64,000 nt of DNA from Acidobacteriota bacterium (GTDB lineage Bacteria > Acidobacteriota > Terriglobia > Terriglobales > SCQP01), in assembly GCA_027459505.1 (NCBI GenBank), contig DAIDIE010000018.1:19571-83570 (forward strand), given 5' to 3'. The notes beneath the pieces are model-generated. The model was not told the origin of the DNA and ran no database searches. It worked only from the letters and a program-made list of their open reading frames with translations. Position 1 is the first letter of the stretch, and every line of letters starts with the position of its first letter. Positions 56,279 to 64,000 of the stretch are shown piece by piece. The position numbers and the translations under genes were made by a program.

Positions 56279-57523
56279 ATGCAGTTCAATGGCGTTACTG
56301 TTCCCGCCGACGGCCAGGTAATCGATTACCGCGAGGGCCGTTACGTTGTTCCCAACCGTCCGATCATTCCCTTCATTGAGGGCGATGGCACCGGGCGCGA
56401 TATCTGGAAGGCCAGCCAGCGCGTGTTTGACGCGGCGGTGGAGAAGGCTTCCGGCGGGCAGCGCAGTGTTGCCTGGTTTGAGGTGTTTGCCGGGGAGAAG
56501 GCGTTTCAGAAGTTCAATGAATGGCTGCCCAACGACACGCTGGAAGCAATCAAGAAGTACCGCGTGGCGATCAAAGGGCCGCTGACGACGCCGGTGGGCG
56601 GTGGCATCCGCAGCCTGAACGTGGCGTTGCGGCAGTTGCTGGATCTATATGCGTGTGTGCGGCCGGTAAAGTACTACGCCGGGGTTCCCTCGCCGGTGAA
56701 GAGCCCGGAGAACATGGACATAGTGATCTACCGCGAGAACACCGAAGACGTTTACGCGGGCATTGAGTTCAAAGAGGGTTCGCCGGAGGCGCAGAAGCTG
56801 ATTGAATTTTTGGGCAAGGAACTGGGCAAGAAGATCCGCTCCGACTCCGGCATTGGCATCAAACCGATGTCGGTATATGGCTCCAAGCGGCTGGTACGCA
56901 AGGGAATTCAGCACGCGATCGAGAATGGCCGGACGGTCGTCACGCTGGTACACAAAGGGAACATCCAGAAGTTCACCGAGGGTGCGTTCCGCGACTGGGG
57001 CTATCAGGTGGCCAAAGAAGAGTTTGGTGACGTCTGTATTACGGAAGAAGAATTGTGGCAGGCGCCTTACAACGGCAAATTGCCGCCAGGCAAGATCCTG
57101 GTCAATGACCGTATCGCGGACTCGATGTTCCAGCAGATTCTGACTCGCGCCAATGAATATCAGGTGGTGTGCACGCCGAACTTGAACGGCGACTACCTTT
57201 CCGACGCCTGCGCCGCGCAGGTGGGGGGCCTGGGCATTGCGCCTGGGGCGAACATGAGTGACGGCTTCGCCATTTTTGAGGCTACCCACGGCACCGCGCC
57301 AAAATACGCCGATAAGGACGTCATTAACCCGGGTTCAGTGATTCTGAGCGGAGTCATGATGTTCCAGGCGCTGGGCTGGAAGGACGTGGCCGACAGCATT
57401 GAACTGGCATTGGCGGCAACGATCCAGCAGAAGAAGGTTACTTACGATCTGGAACGCCTGATGCAGGGCGCGACCAAGCTCAAGACCAGTGAATTTGCCT
57501 CGGCCATTATCGCCAACATGTAA
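56279..57523 (+). CDS. icd: NADP-dependent isocitrate dehydrogenase (homodimeric type)
   Basis: Start [13 protein letters not shown]...[14 protein letters not shown]. Motifs [19 protein letters not shown] and NLNGDYLSD. Confidence 0.96.
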   Translation: MQFNGVTVPADGQVIDYREGRYVVPNRPIIPFIEGDGTGRDIWKASQRVFDAAVEKASGGQRSVAWFEVFAGEKAFQKFNEWLPNDTLEAIKKYRVAIKGPLTTPVGGGIRSLNVALRQLLDLYACVRPVKYYAGVPSPVKSPENMDIVIYRENTEDVYAGIEFKEGSPEAQKLIEFLGKELGKKIRSDSGIGIKPMSVYGSKRLVRKGIQHAIENGRTVVTLVHKGNIQKFTEGAFRDWGYQVAKEEFGDVCITEEELWQAPYNGKLPPGKILVNDRIADSMFQQILTRANEYQVVCTPNLNGDYLSDACAAQVGGLGIAPGANMSDGFAIFEATHGTAPKYADKDVINPGSVILSGVMMFQALGWKDVADSIELALAATIQQKKVTYDLERLMQGATKLKTSEFASAIIANM

Positions 57524-57596
57524 ACCAGGGGCGGGCCGCCCGGAGGGGCGGGCCGCCACGTTTGCGGGCAGGGAACTGCCCGCCGGAGGATGATTC

Positions 57597-58523
57597 ATGC
57601 GCAAGAAAGTCACCGTTGTGGGCGCCGGAAATGTGGGCGCCACCACCGCCCATTGGATAGCCGCGCGCGAGCTTGCCGATGTCGTGCTGACCGACATTAT
57701 GGAAGGCATCCCGCAGGGCAAGGCTCTCGACCTTATGGAGGCCACGCCTATCATCGACAGCGATGTTCGCGTGACGGGCAGCAATAGCTATGAGGAGACC
57801 GCCAACTCCGATATCGTGGTCATTACCGCGGGTTTTCCGCGCAAGCCAGGGATGAGCCGCGACGACCTTCTGAAAAAGAACCACGAGGTCATCGCCGCCA
57901 CGGTGGAAAAGGTGGTCGCGCAGTCGCCGCAGAGCATCTTGATTCTGGTCACCAATCCACTGGACGCGATGGCGCAGTCGGCCTACCGGCTGAGCAAGTT
58001 CTCGCGCAACCGGGTGATTGGGATGGCCGGCGTGCTGGATTCGGCGCGTTTCGCCACCTTTATCGCCATGGAACTGAACGTCTCGGTGGAGAACGTGAAT
58101 GCGTTTGTGCTGGGTGGACACGGCGACACGATGGTGCCGCTGCCGCGCTTCACCACGGTGGCCGGCATACCGATCACCGAGCTGATGCCAGCGGACAAGA
58201 TTGAGGCACTGGTGCAGCGTACGCGGGATGGTGGTGCGGAGATAGTGAAGTACCTGAAAACCGGCAGCGCCTACTACGCGCCATCGGCCGCCGTTACCGA
58301 TATGGCGGAGGCAATTCTGAAGGACAAGCGCAAGATCATGCCCTGCGCCGCCTTCCTGCAGGGCGAGTATGGCATTCGCGATCTGTTTGTCGGGGTGCCC
58401 TGCAAGCTGGGCGCTAACGGCATCGAACAGATCATCGAGGTGAAGCTGAGCGCACAGGAGCAAGCGGAGTTGAAGCGTTCGGCGGACGCGGTGCGCGAGT
58501 TGACCGCGACGATTGGAGTCTAG
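57597..58523 (+). CDS. mdh: Malate dehydrogenase (LDH-like MDH)
   Basis: [18 protein letters not shown] Rossmann motif, [16 protein letters not shown] (the substrate Arg indicates MDH), and VLGGHGD. Confidence 0.96.
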   Translation: MRKKVTVVGAGNVGATTAHWIAARELADVVLTDIMEGIPQGKALDLMEATPIIDSDVRVTGSNSYEETANSDIVVITAGFPRKPGMSRDDLLKKNHEVIAATVEKVVAQSPQSILILVTNPLDAMAQSAYRLSKFSRNRVIGMAGVLDSARFATFIAMELNVSVENVNAFVLGGHGDTMVPLPRFTTVAGIPITELMPADKIEALVQRTRDGGAEIVKYLKTGSAYYAPSAAVTDMAEAILKDKRKIMPCAAFLQGEYGIRDLFVGVPCKLGANGIEQIIEVKLSAQEQAELKRSADAVRELTATIGV

Positions 58524-58557
58524 TCCGGGTACGTTGCGTGAACGCGGATTGAGCTGC

Positions 58558-58592
58558 CGTATGCGGCGCTTTCACGAGCGGCGCCGCATACG
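58558..58592 (+). terminator. Hairpin downstream of mdh (no U-tract)
   Basis: CGTATGCGGCGC-(11 nt)-GCGCCGCATACG, a 12-bp perfect stem 35 nt after the mdh stop. Confidence 0.45.
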
Positions 58593-58746
58593 CCCGCAGC
58601 ACGGAAGCGCCGGGGAATGAGCGTTGGTGCGGCGGCTCCGCCTGAGGGCGCCGCTGGGAAGCCGTTGTCCGCGCGAGCGCAAGGTGAGCTGAGTCACACA
58701 TTTTTAGGGAGTAAATCCGCTCCGAATTCAGAAAGGAACAACTGTC

Positions 58747-59262
58747 ATGAGTGTTGAACGTCCCAATGCGGTTACCCTGCGTGGTGCGCCGTTTACCCTG
58801 GTTGGTCCGGAGTTGAAAGCTGGCAGTAAACTGCCCGATTTTACCGTGGTCGACAACAGCCTGAAGCCGGTTCACGCCGCCGATACCAAGGGGAGCGTGC
58901 GGATTTTCAGTGTGGTTCCGTCGCTGGATACGCCAGTGTGCGATCAGCAGACGCACAAATTCAACGATGCGGCCGGGAAGTTGAACGGGGTGAAGGTATA
59001 CACCGTGAGCATGGACCTGCCGTTTGCGCAGAAGCGCTGGTGTGGGGCGGCGGGCGTGGATCACGTTGAGACGCTCTCGGATTATCAACAGGCTTCCTTT
59101 GGCGCGGCGACTGGGACGCTGATTAAGGAACTGCGGCTGCTGGCGCGGACGGTGTTTGTGGTGGACAAAGACAATACGGTCCGCTATGTCGAATACGTGC
59201 CCGAAGTCGGACAGCATCCCGATTATGAAAAGGCGCTGGCCGCGGCGCGTGAGCTGAGCTAG
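58747..59262 (+). CDS. tpx: Thiol peroxidase (atypical 2-Cys peroxiredoxin)
   Basis: 171 aa. PDFT..D........, SVVPSLDTPVCDQQT (peroxidatic Cys) and the resolving Cys in RWCGA. Confidence 0.93.
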   Translation: MSVERPNAVTLRGAPFTLVGPELKAGSKLPDFTVVDNSLKPVHAADTKGSVRIFSVVPSLDTPVCDQQTHKFNDAAGKLNGVKVYTVSMDLPFAQKRWCGAAGVDHVETLSDYQQASFGAATGTLIKELRLLARTVFVVDKDNTVRYVEYVPEVGQHPDYEKALAAARELS

Positions 59263-59289
59263 GCCAGGGAGCATCCACGGTTTGCACCC

Positions 59290-59328
59290 GCGTCCCTTTT
59301 CCCTTGGGAAAGGGACGCTAAATTTTTT
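59290..59328 (+). terminator. Rho-independent terminator after tpx
   Basis: GCGTCCCTTT...AAAGGGACGC stem followed by TAAATTTTTT. Confidence 0.8.
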
Positions 59329-59391
59329 AGAGGCCGTCGCGACGGGAAGTCAAAGTTAGCGGCACGGCCGCAGTATCCTGAACACACGCCC

Positions 59392-60057
59392 ATGCCCTAC
59401 GATCTCAGCCCAGTGGAAGTCCGTGTCCTGGGGGTGCTCTTTGAGAAAGAGACCACCACGCCGGAGTACTACCCGCTCACCTTGAATGCGCTGATCAACG
59501 GTTGCAACCAGAAGTCGAACCGCTGGCCGGTAACGCAGTATGACGAAGGAATGGTGCGGCAGGCGCTGGACAGCCTGCGACAGCGAGGCTGGCTGCTGGA
59601 GGTGAGCGAGGCGGGCGCGCGCACGCTGAAGTTCCGTCAGCGGCTCTCGGAGGTCTGGAATCTGCGCCGTCAGGAGCAGGCTCTGCTTTGCGAGCTGTTG
59701 CTGCGGGGGCCGCAGACGCCGGGGGAGTTGCGCAGCCGGGCGGAACGCATGGCTGATTTTGCCGATCTGGAAGAGGTGGATCGCTATCTGCGGCTGCTGA
59801 TGGAGCGTGAACCGGAGCCGGTAGTGATGCGGCTGGCGCGGCAAGCCGGGGCGCGGGAGGCGCGCTTCGCTCATTTGCTGGCTGGGGTTCCGGAAGCCGG
59901 CGGCCGGGAAAGTGGCGAAGAAGAGGGTGGAGGCAGTGCCGAATCAGTAACTGCCGGCAAGATTGCGGCGCTGGAAGCGAACGTGGCATCGTTACGGCAT
60001 GAGCTGGAACAACTCCGTACGGAGTGGCGGGCCTTCCGCAGCGCCTTCGGGGAATAG
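59392..60057 (+). CDS. YceH-family (DUF480/UPF0502) protein
   Basis: MPYDLSPVEVRVLGVLFEKETTTPEYYPLTLNALINGCNQKSNR is the hallmark N-terminus of the YceH family. Confidence 0.88.
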   Translation: MPYDLSPVEVRVLGVLFEKETTTPEYYPLTLNALINGCNQKSNRWPVTQYDEGMVRQALDSLRQRGWLLEVSEAGARTLKFRQRLSEVWNLRRQEQALLCELLLRGPQTPGELRSRAERMADFADLEEVDRYLRLLMEREPEPVVMRLARQAGAREARFAHLLAGVPEAGGRESGEEEGGGSAESVTAGKIAALEANVASLRHELEQLRTEWRAFRSAFGE

Positions 60058-60136
60058 AACTGGTAGTTCTCCCCGAGTGACGCAGCAGGAGCCGTGGCTG
60101 CCGCGGCGGCAAGCTTCCGGCCGGAACGATGCGCTC

Positions 60137-60850
60137 ATGAAGAACGTGTTGCAAAGCTGGGAGAGCTGGCTGGAACCGTACGGATTCCGGTACCTGCCGC
60201 CGAGCAGCAACGAGGCTCCCATGGGCAGCTTTGTAAAGGATCAGGGGCTGATCCGGCAGGAGTTCTGGGTTTTAGCTCAACAGACGCGCGGCAGAGGCTT
60301 TCAGCGCAACTGGATTTATCGTGTGAATCTGGCCATATGCATCCTTGACCAACACGCTCCCTCGCCCATTTATGGAGTGGTGCTGCACGGGATACTGGGA
60401 GAACAGGGGCCCATGTGCGCGCTGGGGGGCAAGGAGGGGGTCTGGTCCGATCCGTCCAGGATGCAGCACGTTCTGCAGGACAAAGGGCTACCCTGGCTGG
60501 CGAAGCACAACGATTGTGTCTGGCTGCTGAAGAGCATGCATTTTGGGCTGGCGAACAACTGCAGCGTGGAGACGCTGAGTTTTGCCGTGCCAGGCGCCGA
60601 AAACGCCATCTTAGGCCCCTGCAAGAATATTTACCTCAAATATATTTCCTTGCTCTACCAGGAGCTGGGCTGTGCCGATCTGGCGCGCGAATATGGCCAG
60701 CGCTGGATGGGAACGGTCATGGACCGGAGTATGCCCTACGAACCAGAGCGCACATTAAGGCAGCTCAGTCTCATCATGCCCTCCAGCAGTTTGCTGCGCC
60801 CGCAAGTGCTGCGTCATCGCGTGCGCAGCCGGCGCATGCTTAACAACTAG
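60137..60850 (+). CDS. Hypothetical protein (237 aa)
   Basis: Start ATG 60137 (MKNVLQSWESWLEPYGFRY...). GC looks slightly lower than the neighbours. No family confidently recognised; a weak DUF4304-like impression only. Confidence 0.55.
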   Translation: MKNVLQSWESWLEPYGFRYLPPSSNEAPMGSFVKDQGLIRQEFWVLAQQTRGRGFQRNWIYRVNLAICILDQHAPSPIYGVVLHGILGEQGPMCALGGKEGVWSDPSRMQHVLQDKGLPWLAKHNDCVWLLKSMHFGLANNCSVETLSFAVPGAENAILGPCKNIYLKYISLLYQELGCADLAREYGQRWMGTVMDRSMPYEPERTLRQLSLIMPSSSLLRPQVLRHRVRSRRMLNN

Positions 60851-60943
60851 GTAAACGCCAATTGCCGTCCGAGCAAGCAGGCAGTCTCCCGCGCGCGTTT
60901 TGACTGAAGGTTCCGGCCTGCTCCCGTTTTGGCGAAGCTGGAT

Positions 60944-61660
60944 TCAGCGTTCGATCGTGTCCCCAGGTTTGAGGTTCAAAACGTTACAGCTGGCGCTGAA
61001 TTCTTTCAGGTGATGTTCGAGTTCCTGAGGCGTTCCCTTGAGGGCTGGGAAAGTTCCAAAGTGCATGGGGAGCACCTCTGGGACGTTCAACAGCTTACAG
61101 GCGTAGGCGGCCTCGCGGGGGCCCATGGTGTAGTAGCCCCCGATAGGAAGGAGGGCCAGGTCGGGTTTGTAGAGTTCGGCAATCAGGCGCATATCACCGA
61201 AAACGCAGGTGTCGCCGGAGTGGTACATGCGGAATCCGCTCGGAAAAGTGAGCACAAAGCCAACTGGTGAGCCGCCGTAGATCATGTTGCCGTCACTCTC
61301 GATGCCGGAGGAGTGAAAAGCCTGCACCATGGTGACCTGAATACCGAGCACATCCACGGTTCCGCCGAGGTTCATGGCCACGAGCTGGTCGGGCTTGACG
61401 CCCTCTGAGGAGTAGAACTGGCTCGCTTCGACCATGCAGACCAGTTTCGCGCCGAACTTGGTGCAGATGGGCACAGCGTCGGCCATGTGGTCTATATGGC
61501 CGTGGCTGACCAGCACCGCATGAGCCTTGTGGGGCTTCTTTTCCTGTGGCGGGGTGAGCGGGTTGTGCGACAGGAAGGGGTCCAGATAAAGGGTGTGGTC
61601 GTGGTGCTCAAGACGAAAAGCGGAATGTCCGCACCAAGTGAGTTTCAGCGATTTCTGCAT
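60944..61660 (-). CDS. Metal-dependent hydrolase, UPF0173 / MBL-fold
   Basis: Start MQKSLKLTWCGHSAFRLE......LYLDPF. The VLVSHGHIDH metallo-beta-lactamase motif is present. Confidence 0.88.
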   Translation of the reverse strand: MQKSLKLTWCGHSAFRLEHHDHTLYLDPFLSHNPLTPPQEKKPHKAHAVLVSHGHIDHMADAVPICTKFGAKLVCMVEASQFYSSEGVKPDQLVAMNLGGTVDVLGIQVTMVQAFHSSGIESDGNMIYGGSPVGFVLTFPSGFRMYHSGDTCVFGDMRLIAELYKPDLALLPIGGYYTMGPREAAYACKLLNVPEVLPMHFGTFPALKGTPQELEHHLKEFSASCNVLNLKPGDTIER

Positions 61661-61860
61661 GGTGACACCTCGCGATGGTTTCAGCAGCGGCGTCGCCCAG
61701 GTTCGCGGCGCCAGGGCGGCCGGGGGGCGGCGCATTCCGAAGCGTCCAGGACGAGGCTTTCTAGCTTTGATGATAACCGCTGGCGAGCGTTGTGAGTCCA
61801 GCCGCCAGCGCGGGGTAGGGAGCGGCCACGGCGAGGGCGCAATTTGGTAACCTGAAGATT

Positions 61861-62664
61861 GTGAGCCCCCAGGTGTATTTCCGCAGGCTGGCCGAGCTTC
61901 AAGACGAAGAGATCGATCTCTTGCGGGCGGCTCTGCATCTGGCGCGCATTCAATATCCGGGCTTGGAAGTCGAACGCTACCGGGAGATGGTGGACCGGTG
62001 GGCGGCAGAATTGCATCAGCGGGGGGAGCAGACGAGCTCCGGCTTGAGCCACTACCTGTTTGAGGAGTTGGGCTTCCGCGGCAACCAGCAGTTCTACCAC
62101 GACCCGCGCAACAGCTTTCTTAATGACGTGCTGGAACGCCGGCTCGGAATTCCGATCACGTTGTCTTTGGTTTACGTGGAGTTGGGGCAGCGGCTTGGGC
62201 TCCAGATTGAAGGGGTAGGACTGCCGGGACATTTCATTGTTCGCGACCGGGCGCGAAACGTACTGATCGATCCCTTCTGCCAAGGCAAGGAGCTCAGCCT
62301 CTCCGATTGTCAGGCGCGCGTGCAGGCTATTTACGGTAGTTCGGCTCAGTTGGAGCCGGAGATGATTGCCGCCGCCAGCGCACGTTCGATTCTGCGCCGC
62401 ATGATGAATAACCTGCGGCAGATCTGGCAGGAGCAGGACGACTACAAACACCTGCTGCAACTGCTGCAACTCTACCTGGCGCTGTTTCCGGATTCTCCCG
62501 GGGAGTTGAAGCAGCGGGCCTGGTTGTACGCGCGCTGTCATGATCTTTCGGCGGCATTGGCGGATTTGGAGCGCTACTGCTTTCTCTACCCGGAACAACC
62601 GGACGCCGCTGATGTGCTGCTAGAGTTGCAGCGTCTGCAGGAGACGCTTACGGGCGTCAACTAA
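61861..62664 (+). CDS. SirB1-family protein (transglutaminase-like N-terminal domain + TPR)
   Basis: 267 aa. F.GN...YYDP.NSFLNDVLERR.GIPITLS.VY.E...RLG......G.PGHF is characteristic of the UPF0162/SirB1 family. GTG start. Confidence 0.8.
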   Translation: MSPQVYFRRLAELQDEEIDLLRAALHLARIQYPGLEVERYREMVDRWAAELHQRGEQTSSGLSHYLFEELGFRGNQQFYHDPRNSFLNDVLERRLGIPITLSLVYVELGQRLGLQIEGVGLPGHFIVRDRARNVLIDPFCQGKELSLSDCQARVQAIYGSSAQLEPEMIAAASARSILRRMMNNLRQIWQEQDDYKHLLQLLQLYLALFPDSPGELKQRAWLYARCHDLSAALADLERYCFLYPEQPDAADVLLELQRLQETLTGVN

Positions 62665-62718
62665 GTGGGCTGGAGCAAGGCGGGATGCCAGGACCGCGGG
62701 ATTCCTCGCGGCTTATTC

Positions 62719-63507
62719 ATGTCCTTACGAGCGCAGGAGCTGGAGCCAACAGACAGCGGTGATGAGGCTGGGAGCCGAGTGACCCGCGCTGTTCCGTTGC
62801 TGTTGGGGCATCGCGGGCATCGCTGGTCGCGCCGCTTGCGGATCAGAAGCCGGTCTCCGCGCATGCGCGGCGCACACCTTGAGGCGGAAAACCAGACGGC
62901 GGCATTTCGCCGGGCGCTGGCCTGCGGCTGCGATGGCCTGGAACTCGACCTGCACCTGACCGCGGACCGGCAGTGGGTGGTGCATCATGATGCGGTCCTG
63001 ACCAAAGGCACAGTGATTGCCGCTGAGCGGTTTCGGGATCTCAAGAGAGTTGCGCCCGGGCTGGTGAGGCTGCCGGAGGTGCTGGAAGCGTTCGCCGCCG
63101 GCTGCTGGCTGGATCTGGAGGTGAAATGCGAAGAGCTGAGCGGTCTGACGTCTCTCCTGCGCCGCTATGCTCCGCGTGGGGTGGTCAGCAGTTTTGAGCC
63201 GGGGGTGCTGCAGTCGCTGGAGCGGCAACATTGTCCGTTGCCATTGTGCCTGAATCTGCGACGGCCGCTGTCGCCGCGGCGGATCAGGCGTGTTCCAGTG
63301 ACCTGGGTGGCGCCGCATGTGCAACTGGCGCGACGCTGGTATTTGCGGCAACTGCGTGACGGAGGCTGGCGCACCCTGGTGTGGACGGTGAACCGGCCGG
63401 GGCGTATACGGCAATTGCTGCGCGCCGGCGCCGATGCGCTGGTGTCCGATGATCCCGACCTGCTGCAACGCACTGCAGAGGCATGGCGCAGGGAAGTTGA
63501 TGATTGA
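62719..63507 (+). CDS. Glycerophosphodiester phosphodiesterase family protein
   Basis: GHRG...ENQTAAFRRAL..GCDGLELDLHLTADRQWVVHHD GDPD motifs. Start uncertain: ATG 62719, or 62665 for the longest ORF. Confidence 0.8.
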   Translation: MSLRAQELEPTDSGDEAGSRVTRAVPLLLGHRGHRWSRRLRIRSRSPRMRGAHLEAENQTAAFRRALACGCDGLELDLHLTADRQWVVHHDAVLTKGTVIAAERFRDLKRVAPGLVRLPEVLEAFAAGCWLDLEVKCEELSGLTSLLRRYAPRGVVSSFEPGVLQSLERQHCPLPLCLNLRRPLSPRRIRRVPVTWVAPHVQLARRWYLRQLRDGGWRTLVWTVNRPGRIRQLLRAGADALVSDDPDLLQRTAEAWRREVDD

Positions 63508-63517
63508 ATAGAGAGGC

Positions 63518-63593
<76 letters not shown>

Positions 63594-63816
63594 AATCGTG
63601 GGCGGGAGAGGCGTGCGGCCCGACTGGCAGGCGCAGGCGACTTCGCTATTGTAGCAAAGAGAGGCGAAGGCGTCTCTGCTTACCTGAGGCGCTCCGGCTG
63701 CTGGCATTAACCGGCCCATCCTCTTGTCCATTCAGCCATTCTCCGCTTGGCAGCCACTTCATAGGCCCCGCAAAAAAAATGCATCGTTTGGAGTTGCCGC
63801 GTGCGTATAAGGGGGT

Positions 63817-64000
63817 ATGAAGGCAAGCGCGGGCGAGGGCTCGGAAACGCTGGTGCCGGGCGACGAGGCGGGCTTTGCGGCGGTGGTGGCCGCGCACCAG
63901 TCCATGGTGTACAGCCTGGCGCGCTTCGCGCTTCACGATGAGGCGCTGGCCGAAGAGGTCGCCCAGGATGTCTTTTTCGCCCTCTACCGCCATCGCGGCG
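63817..64000 (+). CDS. ECF-type RNA polymerase sigma-70 factor (5' partial; runs off the window)
   Basis: MKASAGEGSETLVPGDEAGFAAVVAAHQSMVYSLARFALHDEALAEEVAQDVFFALYRH matches the sigma-70 region 2 pattern (F..lv..y...vy.la...l.d...AE#..Q#vF). GGGGG sits upstream of the ATG. Confidence 0.65.
   Translation, partial: MKASAGEGSETLVPGDEAGFAAVVAAHQSMVYSLARFALHDEALAEEVAQDVFFALYRHRG

Noticed and set aside
57564-57583. Hairpin GCGGGCAG-GGAA-CTGCCCGC between icd and mdh, considered as a terminator.
   Set aside because: There is no U-tract, and it sits 14 nt upstream of the mdh start next to its GGAGGA RBS. It is more likely an inter-cistronic stabiliser or attenuator. The function is unresolved, so it is not called as a feature.
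63646-63993. 115-aa ORF on the minus strand near the window end.
   Set aside because: It is antisense to a + strand ORF with a clear ECF sigma-70 region-2 pattern and a plausible RBS.

Overview
High-GC bacterial chromosomal window. Composition was judged by eye, not computed. It is densely packed with housekeeping genes on both strands: about 62 supportable CDS, one tRNA-Thr, and no rRNA, CRISPR array or intact mobile element. The gene content points to an Acidobacteriota-like Gram-negative organism, but this is inference only. That content includes lptE/holA, pssA/psd, a sigma-54 two-component system, a split atpZ-I-B-E operon, Ku/LigD NHEJ and an Er-VIT1 protein. Many long ORFs in the six-frame track are antisense shadows of real genes, as expected at high GC, and are ignored. 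Several start codons were moved inward from the longest ORF to the first start that matches the conserved N-terminus. The best hidden signal is an unlisted 85-codon glutaredoxin-like gene (52993-53250). An in-frame TGA sits exactly at the first redox-active cysteine (G-U-P-P-C) and is followed by a SECIS-like bulged hairpin, so this is a probable selenoprotein. A lower-GC accessory patch (about 19.9-23.3 kb) holds a decayed, frameshifted RHS/YD-repeat fragment, a DUF3592-like membrane protein and two paralogous secreted proteins of unknown function. One of those paralogs has an in-frame TAG in its signal peptide. The patch ends in about 1.1 kb of non-coding DNA with a hairpin cluster and a duplicated bipartite element of about 120 bp. 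Other observations:
- a 52-nt interspersed repeat family
- 13-bp tandem repeats next to an LTTR-box upstream of a LysR gene
- two short duplications of gene 3' ends
- an AT-rich stretch ending in an orphan terminator (sRNA candidate)
- an Asd-like protein that lacks the catalytic Cys
- an ATP synthase c subunit with a signal-peptide-like extension
- an N-terminally extended Hfq-like protein
- a split LigD
All family assignments come from motif recognition by eye. No database search was possible.
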